Below are positions 49,203 through 60,074 of a stretch of 64,000 nucleotides of DNA, one piece after another. This DNA comes from Torpedo marmorata (lineage: Eukaryota): contig OZ360238.1 of NCBI GenBank assembly GCA_977017645.1, positions 76,446,001-76,510,000 of the forward strand, read 5' to 3'. Under the pieces are notes generated by a model. That model made no database searches, was not told the origin of the DNA, and was given only the letters and a program-made list of their open reading frames with translations. The position numbers and the translations under genes were made by a program. The first letter of the stretch is position 1; every line of letters begins with the position of its first letter.

Positions 49203-51383
49203 TTAGTGGAAAGCAGAAAAGTCAATGTTAATTCCATCTGGCTGGAGTGTGCCGAGACGGAATATGAGATGTTGTTCCAACAGTTTGCGGGTAGTCTGGG
49301 TGGGATAGTACATGAGGCCATGGACAGACATGTGAGTGTGGGAGTGTGACCCAGAATTGAAATGGTTGGCCACTGGGAGGTCGCTGTTGTTGCGAACCGA
49401 GCGGAGGTGCTGAGCGAAGCGATCTCCCAATCTACGACCGGTCTCTCCAATGTATAGAAAGCCACAAAGGGAGCACCGGATGCAGTAAATAAGTCCTCTG
49501 GATGTACAAGTGAAGTGTTGCTTCACTTGGAAGGCCTGTTTGGGGCCCTGGACTGTGGTGAGGGGGGAGGTGTGGGCGCAGGTGTTGCACCTCCTGCGGG
49601 CACAGGGGAAGGTTCCGGGGGTGCGATGGGTGGGGAGGGACGAGTGCACGAGTGAATCACGGAGGGAGCGGTCCCTACGGAAGGCCGAGAGGGGAGGAGA
49701 AGGAAAAATGTGTCTGGTGGTGGGATCCTGCAGCAAGTGCCGGAAATTCCGGCGGATAATGTGTTGGATGCGGAGGCTGGTGGGGTGGTAGGTGAGGATG
49801 AGGGGTATTCTATGTTTGTTGTGTCTGGGGGCAGAGGGGGCCAGGGCAGATGAGCGGGAAATGGAGGAGATGCGGGTGAGGGCTGAGTTGATGGTGGTGG
49901 AGGGGAAGCCACGTTTGTGGAAAAAGGCAGACATTTCAGAAGATCTGGAGTGGAACACCTCATCTTGGGAACAGATGCGGCGGAGGCGGAGAAATTGAGA
50001 GAAGGGGATGGAGTCCTTGCAGGGGACAGGGTGTGAGGATGTGTAGTCCAGATAGTTGTGGGAGTTGGAGGGTTTGTAGTAAATGTCGGTGGAAAGCTTG
50101 TCTCCCGAGATGGAGACAGAGAGATCCAGGAAGGGGAGAGTGTTATCGGAGATGGACCAGGTGAGTTTGAGATCGTGGTGAAAGTTGGATGCGAAGTGGA
50201 TGAAGTTGACAAGCTCATCGTGGGTGCATGAGGCAGCCCCGATGTAGTCGTCGATATACCGGAGGAAGAGATGAGGGGTCTTGCCTGTGTAGGCTTGCAG
50301 CATGGATTGCTCCACAAAGCCCACAAACAGGCAGGCGTAGCTGGGACCCATGCGGGTACCCATGGCTACTCCTTTGATTTGGAGGAAGTGGGATGAGTTG
50401 AAGGAGAAGTTATTGAGAGTAAGGACAAGTTCTGCCAGGCAGAGGAGGGTGGTGGTAGAGGGTGACTGGTCGGGTCTTTGGTCCAGGAAGAAGCGAAGTG
50501 CTTTCAGACCTTCTGTGTGGGGGATGGAGGTATAAAGGGATTGGACATCCATGGTGAAGATGATGCGGTCCGGTTCAGGGAATCTGAAGTCATTGAGGAG
50601 ATGGAGGGCATGTGAGGTGTCGCGGATGTAGGTGGGGAGGGATTGGACCAGGGGAGAAAAGATGGAGTCAAGGTAAGATGAAACTAGTTCGGTGGGGCAG
50701 GAGCAGGCAGAAACAATGGGTCTGCCCGGATGGTTGGGTTTGTGTATCTTGGGTAGAAGGTAGAAACGGGCAGTGCGGGGGTGGGGGAGAATGAGGTTGG
50801 TGGCCGTGGAGGGGAGGTGACCGTAGGTGATGAGGTCGGAGATGGTGTTGGAGACAGTGGCTTGATGTGCTGTGGCGGGATCCTGTGGGAGGGGTCGGTA
50901 GGAGGAGGTGTCTGAGAGTTGTCGACTGACCTCGGCAAGGTAGAGGTCAGTGCGCCAGACCACAACCGCACCGCCCTTGTCTGCGGGTTTGATGGTGAGG
51001 TTGGGATTGTTGCGGAGAGAGTGGAGGGCAGAGCGTTCTGAGGAGGTGAGGTTGGAATACGAGAGGGGGGTGGTGAAGTTGAGACGGTTGATGTCTCGGC
51101 GGCAGTTGGAAATAAAAAGGTCCAGAGCGGGCAGCTGGCCAGGGCGGGGTGTCCAGGAAGAGGAAGAAGGATTGAAGCGAGAGAAAGGGTCTTGGGTGGG
51201 GGGTGGAGAATCACGGTCATGGAAGTGAGCACGGAGGCGGAGGCGACGGAAGAAGAGTTCGGCATCATGGCGTGCGCGGAACTCGTTGAGGTGTGGGCGG
51301 AGGGGGACGAAGGTGAGGCCTCTACTGAGGACGGAGCGCTCCGTCTCAGAGAGGGGAAGGTCGGAGGGGATAGTAAAAACCAA
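49203..51383 (-). CDS. PLE reverse transcriptase + GIY-YIG endonuclease (C-terminal reading frame)
   Basis: PADKG, LPKIHK, GRPIVS, MDVQSLYT, GVAMGTRMGPSYA, RYIDD, FLD, Cys linker CARRRCNTC, LIYCIRCSLCGFLYIGETGR..R..H..HF..E..N; no stops in 726 codons. Confidence 0.95.
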   Translation of the reverse strand: MVFTIPSDLPLSETERSVLSRGLTFVPLRPHLNEFRARHDAELFFRRLRLRAHFHDRDSPPPTQDPFSRFNPSSSSWTPRPGQLPALDLFISNCRRDINRLNFTTPLSYSNLTSSERSALHSLRNNPNLTIKPADKGGAVVVWRTDLYLAEVSRQLSDTSSYRPLPQDPATAHQATVSNTISDLITYGHLPSTATNLILPHPRTARFYLLPKIHKPNHPGRPIVSACSCPTELVSSYLDSIFSPLVQSLPTYIRDTSHALHLLNDFRFPEPDRIIFTMDVQSLYTSIPHTEGLKALRFFLDQRPDQSPSTTTLLCLAELVLTLNNFSFNSSHFLQIKGVAMGTRMGPSYACLFVGFVEQSMLQAYTGKTPHLFLRYIDDYIGAASCTHDELVNFIHFASNFHHDLKLTWSISDNTLPFLDLSVSISGDKLSTDIYYKPSNSHNYLDYTSSHPVPCKDSIPFSQFLRLRRICSQDEVFHSRSSEMSAFFHKRGFPSTTINSALTRISSISRSSALAPSAPRHNKHRIPLILTYHPTSLRIQHIIRRNFRHLLQDPTTRHIFPSPPLSAFRRDRSLRDSLVHSSLPTHRTPGTFPCARRRCNTCAHTSPLTTVQGPKQAFQVKQHFTCTSRGLIYCIRCSLCGFLYIGETGRRLGDRFAQHLRSVRNNSDLPVANHFNSGSHSHTHMSVHGLMYYPTQTTRKLLEQHLIFRLGTLQPDGINIDFSAFH

Positions 51384-52744
51384 GCAGGGGTTAGAGTGGG
51401 GATCGGTGTTGTGGAGGGTGTTGGGGGGAGGGTTGGGGAGGTCAGAGGGGGGAGGTGGAGGGTGGGGGAGGTTGGAGGGAGGGGGAGGGGGGGTCGGAGG
51501 AGGGAGGTGGGGGGTAGGGGAGGTGGGAGGGTGGGAGAGGGGGGTAGGGAGGGTAGCCAGAGAGAGGGGGGGGGGATGGAGGGAAGGGAAGGGATGAGGT
51601 CTGAGGGTTGGGGAGGAGAGTGGGGCAGAGAGGGGGAGATGGGGGTGGAGTAGGGAGAGGTGTGGGAGGAGAAGGAAGGAGTAGTGAGGGGGATAGGTAA
51701 GTGGGATCTTGTTGCGAGATGAGGACTCCAGTGGCAGTCAGCGTGGGAGGCTCCAGCAGGTAACAGTCTGTGTCGGGAGTCAGCGGTGGAGGCATCGGGA
51801 ACTCTGGTGAGTAGAGGCTCGGGGTCCGGGCTGGGGTTGGCGGCCGTAGCGTCGGGAGTACCGTCGTGTCGGCGCCCGGGGTGCGGGTAGGAGCAGGCGG
51901 CTGCGGCGTTGGGAGCTTCGGTGAGTCGGCGGCCGGCGCCCAGGGTCGGGTCGGCAGCCGTCGCGTTGGGAGCTCTGGTGAGTCTGCGGCCGGGACCAGG
52001 GATCGGGTCGGCGGCTGCGTCGTTGGGAGCTCCGTTGAGTCGGCGGCTGGGGTCCAGGGTCGGGTCGGCAGCCGTCGCGTTGGAAGCTCCGGTAAGTCGG
52101 CGGCTGGGGTCCAGGTTCAGGTCGGCGGCTGCGGCGTGGGGAGCTCCGGTGAGTCGGAGGCTGGGACCAGGGATTGGGTCGGCGGATGCGGCGTTGGGAG
52201 CTCCGGAGAGCAGGCGGCCGGGGCCGAGATGGGGATCCACGTGGAGGGTTGCAGAGGCTGCAGTTTCAAGGGAGGCAAGCTTACGGTTCTTGATGGATGC
52301 CAGGTAGGTGTAGAGCCGGCGGTTGAACGCGTGGATCCGGCGGCGGATGTAGTATAGGAGGGGTCCGCTGCAGGCCATGGCCAGCGAGGTCCGGAGCTGT
52401 GGCAGGGAGAGGGCGAGTTGCCGCTGGTATCTCCGCATCGAGGTGAGGGTGGTGCGGAGGAGTCTTTGGGAGAAGCGGAGAGAGCAGCAGTCGATGCTGT
52501 GGAGGTACCTGAGATCTTTGTGGGGGCCAAACTGCGAGGCCTGGAACCGAAGCTGGAAACCACGAGGCACAAGATGATGGCGGAGGCAAGTAGCAAGGAA
52601 GGCAACGTGGCTGTGGAATCGAGTCTGGGTGAGTACATGGTCATAGAGCTTGAGAGCAGCAGGGGTTGCAGATGGGGAGCAGTGAGAGAGAATACCACAG
52701 AACTCCCTTCGGAGAGCAAAGGCGAACTTCTTCAGGGTAGGCAT
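51384..52744 (-). CDS. PLE N-terminal domain (ATG at 52744), joined to RT by a net -1 frameshift in a C-rich tract
   Basis: HVAFLATCLRHHLVPRGF matches the H..FL..C....L.P.G N-terminal PLE motif; followed by 19-aa repeats and a Pro/Ser-rich linker; ATG-to-RT-stop span is 3542 nt (3n+2). Confidence 0.75.
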
Positions 52745-52887
52745 CCCTCAAAGAGTTTTCACAGAGTTGTTGTAGAATTTAAAAGTAAACACGAAAATCT
52801 GTAGACACCGTGGTTAGAGTAAAAAACACAAAAGCTGGAGAACTCAGCAGGTCAAACAGTGTCTTTTATGTAGCAAAGGTAGAAATA

Positions 52888-52928
52888 CATAACCGACGTT
52901 TCAGGCTTGAGCCCTTCTTCAAAGTATG
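52888..52928 (-). ncRNA. Minimal hammerhead ribozyme in the 5' pLTR
   Basis: catact-TTGAAGA-a-GGGC tcaa GCCT-GAAA-cg-TC-ggttatg on the minus strand. Confidence 0.72.
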
Positions 52929-53437
52929 AGAAAATGCCGGCAGACGTCCGAACAAAGGAGTGAGTGGGGGAGGGGGGGTGGCAAAGGCAGGAGATAATAG
53001 GTGGAGAAAGGAAGAAAAAGTTTGAAAACCACTGTTTTAATCGTTCCTAATTGACCGTTATGTGCACGGTTTCATAACTCCAAAGGAAATGGGCCAATGA
53101 CAATTTTTTTCAAGCAAAATATTTCAGTAACAATTGGGTCTAGAGCAGTGGTTCCCACTCACATACCACCTTAAGCAATCCCTTACTAATCACAGAGCAC
53201 TTATGGCATAGGGATTGCTTAAGGTGAATGTGAGTTTAGGGGGGTAGTTTGAAAACCACTGATCTGTATAGATGAAATACTTGTCCTGCATATGTATTGT
53301 TTGTCTGTATGTGTGTTTATGTCCAGTTGTGTGTGTCTGCAGGTTTTGCATCAAGGACCGGAGAACGCTGTTTCGTTGGGTTGCACTTGTACAATCAGAT
53401 GACAACAAACCTGACAACTTGAAACCAATTCTCTGCC

Positions 53438-54755
53438 ACTCATCCACTTCGCATTTAACTTCCACCACGATCTCAAACTCACCTGGCCCATCTCCGATAA
53501 CACTCTCCCCTTCCTGGATCTCTCTGCCTCCATCTCAGGAGACAAGCTTTCCACCGATATTTACTACAAACCCTCCAACTCCCACAACTATCTGGACTAC
53601 ACTTCCTCACACCCTGTCCCCTGCAAGGATTCCATCCCCTACTCTCAGTTTCTCTGTCTCCGCTGCATCTGTTCCCAAGATGAGGTCTTCCAGTCCAGAT
53701 CTTCTGAAATGTCTGCCTTTTTCCACAAACGTGGCTTCCCCTCCACCACCATCAACTCAGCCCTCACCCACATCTCCTCCATTTCCCGCTCATCTGCCCT
53801 AGCCACCTCAGCCGCCAGATGCAACAAACATAGAATCCCACTCATCCTCACCTACCACCCCACCAGCCTCCGCATCCAACACATTATCCGCTGGAATTTC
53901 CGGCACTTACTACAGGATCCCACCACCAGACACATTTTTCCTTCTCCTCCCCTCTCGGCCTTCTGTAGGGACCGCTCCCTCCGCGATTCCCTCGTGCACT
54001 CATCCCTCCCCACCCATTGCACCCCCGGCACCTTCCCCTGTGCCCGCAGGAGGTGCAACACCTGCCCCCTCACCATGGTCCGGGGCCCTAAGCAGGCCTT
54101 TCAAGTGAAACTACACTTCACTTGTACATCCAGAGAACTTATTTACTGCATCCGGTTCTCCCTTTGTGGCTTTCTCTACATCGGAGAGACCGGTCGTAGA
54201 TTGGGAGATCGCTTTGCTGAGCACCTCCTCTCCGTCCGCAACAACAGCGACCTCCCAGTAGCCAACCATTTCAATTCCGGGTCACACTCCCACACTCACA
54301 TGTCTGTCCATGGCCTTATGTACTATCCCACCCAGACTACCCGCAAATTGGAGGAACAACATCTCATTTTCCGTCTAGGCACTCTCCAGCCAGATGGCAT
54401 TAACATTGACTTTTCTGCTTTCCACTAAAACCGCTTGTCTTTTCCTCCCCCCCCCCTCACCTGTCCTTCCTGTTTTTCCACCCACCCAGCCATCCCTCCT
54501 CCCCCTCTTTGCTGCTGTCCCCTCCCTCCTTTCTCTACCTATCATCTCCTGCCTTTGCCACCCCCCCCCTCACTCTTTTGTTCGGACGCCTGCCGGCATT
54601 TTCTCATACTTTGATGAAGGGCTCAAAACCGAAACATCGGTTATGTATTTCTACCTTTGCTACATAAAAGACACTGTTTGACCTGCTGAGTTTCTCCAGC
54701 ATTTGTGTTTTTTTACTTCAACCACGGTGTCTACAGATTTTCGTGTTTTACTTTT
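53438..54755 (+). mobile_element. 5'-truncated Neptune-type PLE, inverted relative to the full-length copy
   Basis: ORF 53709-54428 nearly identical to the C-terminus of 49203-51383; pLTR with a mutated hammerhead at 54605-54645. Confidence 0.93.
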
Positions 54756-55157
54756 TTTAATCCATCACATCCCCACTGATTTTCTGGTCATCCATCAATA
54801 TTAGGTTTAAGTTGCCAATAAACCTACCAGCATGTCATTGGGATATGACAGGAAAACAAGAGTATCTGGGAGAATCCCACACATTCACAGGAAGAATGTG
54901 CAAATTCCACTAAGAACCCGATTGCTGCAGATGTGCAGCGACAGCACGAGTTGCTTAACCGCTAGGCCTGACACTTTAAAAACTGAAGGAATTGGGGAAT
55001 TCTCCAAACCACTGACTGAAAGTTGCATGGTCCCACTGTAAGAATTGTCTCACAACTTCAAAATGTTTCCAACAATCACTATCAACCACAGTGTTCAGTT
55101 AAGATCAGTTCTGTAATGTCAGGACAGGCCTGATTATCTTCTCTGTCAAATACAGAT

Positions 55158-55999
55158 GGAATTCATAAATCAAGATTAAATTGGGAAAAAGATTTGAATA
55201 TAACAATAGATGAAGAACACTGGAAAAAATTATGTAAACAAAGTATGACGAAGATTATTAATGTTAGATATAGATTGGTGCAATATAATTTTTTTCATCA
55301 ACTATATTTAACACCTAAAAGACTAAAGAAATTTAATCCGACATTATCTGGTTTATGTTTTAGATGTAATAAAGAGGAAGGTTCTTTTGTACATTCTACA
55401 TGGTTTTGTCCAAAAGTTTATGAGTTTTGGTTGAAAGTTAAAAATTTTTTAGCTAAAGTATTAGGAACTACACTTCCAATGGATCCTATGATATTTTTGT
55501 TTGGAGATATTGAAGGAACCAGTGTTGGAGTGAAATTGAATATGTACCAGGCGGAGTTTTTGCGTGTTGCTTTGGCCGTTTCTAAGAAATGTATTGCCAC
55601 TACATGGAAATCGGATGTAGATTTGGGGTTGGAAAGATGGCACGCAGAATTGCGTTCTTGCATACCACTCGAAAAAAATTACATATAATTTACGTGATAA
55701 GTATCATTTCTTTTTGGAAGTATGGAGCCCATATATAAAAATTGTGGGTTTAAAGATTTGAAGATCTCTGGCTGGCGAGCCTATCCTCCACAATAAGATC
55801 AGTTTATAGTTGTTCTTTTTAGATTGACATTCTCCTTACTCTATCCTTTTCTTCTTCTTTCTTTCTTTTTGGGAGGGTTAGGGAGGGGAGGGTGGGAGGA
55901 AGTGGGGGGGTGAAAATGTATCACATGTAATTTGAGAAATTTGCGTTTTAAACTGTGTATTGTGTGATTTAAAATTTTTAAATAATTTATTTTAAAAAA
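55158..55999 (+). mobile_element. L1-clade LINE 3' fragment with TSD
   Basis: ORF2 C-terminal CCHC region (CFRCNKEEGSFVHSTWFCP), A-rich tail, and TSD AAATACAGAT at 55148-55157 and 56000-56009. Confidence 0.88.
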
Positions 56000-56174
56000 A
56001 AATACAGATTTTACTCTGCCTACTGTTTTTAATTGGACTGAGAAGCAAATCTCAGATGCAGATCCATTTTGGCCTCCTCATGTAGGGTATACTCAGTATC
56101 AGTTGGTGATCAAAAGCTTAGCCTAAGGCTTAATGCAAGACAGCACAATTTTAAGAACAAACATCTGTACTCAC

Positions 56175-56219
56175 TTAAATGGCTCAATCATTTCTTCTGT
56201 GACAAAATTCAAGTAATTC
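56175..56219 (-). CDS. SLC7A5: SLC7A5/LAT1-like coding exon (exon 4)
   Basis: ttgtag|GAATTAC...CCATTTAA|gtgagt; 45 nt; NYLNFVTEEMIEPF(K); phase compatible with both flanking exons. Confidence 0.95.
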
Positions 56220-56349
56220 CTACAATTAACAGAAGAGTTGCATTAAAATTCATCAAATAAAATTTTGCAAGAGAACAAAATTGAGACCACAATGGGGTAG
56301 ATCTTATAAATTTGTACTTTTAAGTTTTCTTCAATACCAATGACATCGA

Positions 56350-58485
56350 CAAGATAGCAATGTCACGAGAAACAATTTGCTTGGAAGCGTTCTGGTACCA
56401 GACTCCTGGCAAATCGCATAACGAGGTCTGTAGATATGGCTTTAAACTAACTGGTTGAGGGGGGTTGCAAACGTTTGGGAAAAGTAAGGATAAAGCTAAA
56501 GGGAAGGACGCAGGACAGGTTATTGAAGTCTCCTGAATGAAAAATAGGACAGAAAGTTTTTAGTAAAGGATAAGAATTTAAACTCGGGCAACAATGAGAC
56601 AAGTGTGAGAAGGGTGCTGAACACAGGGCTGAAGGTGTGTGTTTGAATGCACAGTGTACAAAGCAAGGTAGATGAGCTTAAGGTGCAGTTAGAAGTTGGC
56701 TGGTCCGACATTGTCGGCATAATGGAGACGTGGCTAAAGGAGGATCATGGCTGGGAACTAAATATCCAAGGATACACATCCTATCAAAAAGACAGGCAGG
56801 TGGGCAGAGAGGGTGGGTTGCTCTGTTTGTAAAAAATCAAATCAAATCCTCAGCAAGAATCAGAATCAGAATTTATTGTCATGAACAAGTCATGAAATTC
56901 GGTGTTTTGCGGCAGCATCATAGTGCAAACATTCATATTATAACCACCTTACGACATTACTATAAAAAATATAAATAATAATGCACGAAAAGTAAGCCAG
57001 TGTCTTTGGTTCAATGCTTATTCAGGAATCTGATGGCAGCGGGGAAGAAGCTGTCCTTGTGCCGTTGAGTGCTCGACTTTAGGCTCCTGTACCTTTTTCC
57101 CAATGATAGCAGAGTGAAGAGAGCATGGCCTGGGTGGTGGGGGTCTTTGAGGACAGAGGCTACTTTTTTAAGACACCGCCTCATGTAGATGTCCTCGATG
57201 GAGTGAAGTCTGGTGCCTGTGATGTCACAGGCCGAGTTAACAACCCTCTGGAGTCTAATCTTGTCCTGAGAGTTGGCGCCTCCATACCAGGCAGTGATGC
57301 AACCAGCCAGAATGCTCTCCACGGTATACCTGTAGAAGTTTACGAGAGTCTTCGGTGACATACCGAATCTTCTCAGACACCTCACAAAGTAGCCACTGGC
57401 GAGCCTTCTTTGTGATTGCATCAACGTGGAGGCTCCAGGACAGATCCAGGATCCTTGTTGGCAGAGTCGAGAAACTGCAAGGGTAAAAAGACCCTGATGT
57501 GAGTTACATTCAGGCCTCCAAATAACAGCCAGGATGTAGGGTGCAAATTAAAACAGGAGTTGGAGAAGGCATGTAAGATAGGCAATGTAACGGTGGTCAC
57601 AGAGAACTTCAATATGCAGGTAGACTGGGAAAATCAGTTGGCGCTAGATCCCAAGAAAAAGAATTTGTGGAATGCCTACTGGATCCCTTTTTAGAGCTGC
57701 TTGTGGTTGAGCCCACAAAGGAAAAGGCAATTTTGCGTTTGGTGCTGTGCAATGAACTGGATTTGATAAGGTAAAGGAACCCTGAGGAGGTCGTGATCAT
57801 AATGCGATAGAATTCACTTTGCAGTTTGAGAGGGAGAAGGTAAAGTCAGATGTGTCGGTGTTAGTAAGAAAGTCAAATGCAATGATAGCATTCATTTTGA
57901 GAGGACTAGAATATGTGTAATGCTGAGTCTTTAGAAGGCATCGGTCGGATCACATTTGGTGTACTGTGAACAGTTTTGGGCCCCATATGTAAGGAAAGAC
58001 GTGCTGGCGTTGGAGAGGGTCCAGAAGAGGTTTACAAGAATGATCCCGGGATGCCCACGTTCATGCACTTCCCCCTAACCCAACCATTCTATTGCCATAA
58101 TGAAAGCATATAGAATACCTGCCTTCATTAGCCAGGGAACAGAACGTAACAGTAGGGAGGTTCTTGTACAATTTTATAAAACATGCTTCAATTACAGCTG
58201 GTGCATTATGTACAGTTAAGGTCACCAGATTATAGGAAGGACATGTTTGCATTGAAGAGGTGACAGAGGAGTTTCACCAGGATGGTGATTGGGATGCAGC
58301 ATCTCACTGAGGAGAGACTAGGTAGGCTGGACTTGTTCTGCAAGGAGTGGATATATAAAATAGATAGGGTACATGGGTATATGGTATGATTTCTCCCCCC
58401 ATATCAGAGGTATCTAAAACAGAGGCATAGATTTAAGGCTCGGGGCAGGAGGCTTAGAGGGAATTCAAGGAAGAATTTTTTCACC
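56350..58485 (+). mobile_element. Old CR1 fragments (APE and RT end)
   Basis: KVDELKVQL..DIVGIMETWL..WELNIQGY; RT C-terminal remnants at 57860-58480. Confidence 0.75.
56856..57447 (-). mobile_element. Rex1 3' fragment
   Basis: [13 protein letters not shown]...[10 protein letters not shown]; Rex1 tail. Confidence 0.9.
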
Positions 58486-58489
58486 TCCT

Positions 58490-59963
58490 CCAAATGACCA
58501 GGCGGTGTCTCACAGTGGCCGATGTGAGGAAAGTGTTAGGCAAGGTCAACCCACGGAAAGCTGCTGGTCCGGATAACATTCCCGGCAGAGAGCTCGGAAT
58601 GTGCGGCTCAGCTGGCAGATGTTCTCACCGACATCTTTAACATCTCCCTGAGCAGTGCCGTGGTACCAACATGCTTCAAAGCTGCCACCATCGTCCCCGT
58701 GCCGAAGAAGTCGACAGTGTCCTGCCTCAATGACTACCGCCCTGTCGCACTCACATCTACTGTCATGAAGTGCTTCGAGAGGCTCGTCATGGGGCACATC
58801 AAGCTTCTGCTGCCCCCCTCACTGGACCCCCTGCAGTTCGCATATATAATCCAACCGCTCTACGGACAATGCCATCACCACCACCCTCCATCTAGCCCTC
58901 AACCACCTGGAAAATAAGGACACGTATGTTACCTGATAGGGAAGTTGAGCCGGCTGGGCCTAAACAACACCCTCTGCAATTGGATTCTAGACTTCCTGAC
59001 GGGGAGACCTCAGGCAGTCCGGATTGGAAACAGCACTTCTAAGAACATTACACTGAGCACGGGGGCCCCCCAGAGCTGTGTGCTTAGTCCATTGCTGTTC
59101 ACTCTGCTGACTCATGACTGTGCAGCAAAACACAGCTCGAACCACATCATCAAGTTCGTTGATGATATGACCGTGGTGGGCCTTTATCAGCAAGAACGAT
59201 GAGTCAGCGTACAGAGATGAGGTGCAGTCGCTAATGGACTGGTGCAGAGCCAACAACCTGCATCTGAATGTAAATAAAACAAAAGAGTTGGTTGTCGACT
59301 TCAGGAGGGCCCGGGGGATCACTCTCCACTGACCATGGACGGCTCTACCATTGAGGTCGACAAGAGTTCCAAGTTTCTTGGAGTGCACTTGGCGGAGAAT
59401 CTCACCTGGTCCCTCAACACCAGTTCCATAGCCAAGAAAGCCCAGCAGCGCCTCTACTTCCTGCGAAGGCTGAGGAAAGTTCATCTTCCACCCTCCATCC
59501 TTACTACATTCTACAGGGGATGTATTGAGAGTATTCTGAGCAACTGCATCACCGCTTGGTTTGGAAACTGTACCATCTCAGACCGTAAGACCCTGCAGAG
59601 GATAGTGGGGTCAGCGGAGAAAATTATTGGGGTCTCTCTTCCCACCGTGACGGACATCTACAACACACGATGCATGCGGAAGGCAAATAACATTGTGAAG
59701 GACTTCTCACGCCCCTCTTGTAAACTTTTTTCCCTTCTGCCATCTGAAAGGAGGTACCGTAGCATTCGGGCCCACACGTCCAGATTGTGCAACAATTTTT
59801 TCCCCCAAGCCATCAGGCTCCTCAATTTTTAAGATATATATGTGTCATAGTTTTTTTTTATTGTATTATGCTATTTATGTAAATTTGCTCATGGTCCTGG
59901 AGAAACGCTATCTCGTCTTTACTGTGTATATGGTATGAACGACAAATAAAGGTGACTTGACTT
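58490..59963 (+). mobile_element. Rex1/Babar LINE (third subfamily), internally deleted
   Basis: [45 protein letters not shown]; tail gacaaataaaggtgacttgactt. Confidence 0.9.
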
Positions 59964-60074
59964 GTTAGAATCTGGAACACACTGCCTGTGTGGGTGCTGG
60001 AGACAAATACTTTCATGATACTTAAGAGGCATTTGATTCGCCAACATGTTGAAGGCTATAGACCAGGTCAAGTA

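Larger units (their letters stand above)
48873..53010 (-). mobile_element. Near-intact full-length Neptune-type Penelope-like element with direct terminal repeats (pLTRs)
   Basis: ~225-bp direct repeats at 48873-49098 and 52783-53010 flank an N-terminal ORF and an intact RT + GIY-YIG ORF. Confidence 0.95.
48777..53261. mobile_element. hAT-type MITE with 8-bp TSD, split by the PLE
   Basis: TIR cagtggttttcaaact / agtttgaaaaccactg; TSD ATCTGTAT at 48769-48776 and 53262-53269; the arms are long inverted repeats of each other. Confidence 0.9.

Noticed and set aside
48941-49465. Recurrent short ORFs ending YFDEGLKPETS..YLCYIKDTV (also at 8945, 12418 and 54394)
   Set aside because: These are translations of the non-coding pLTR/hammerhead sequence; the frame varies among copies.
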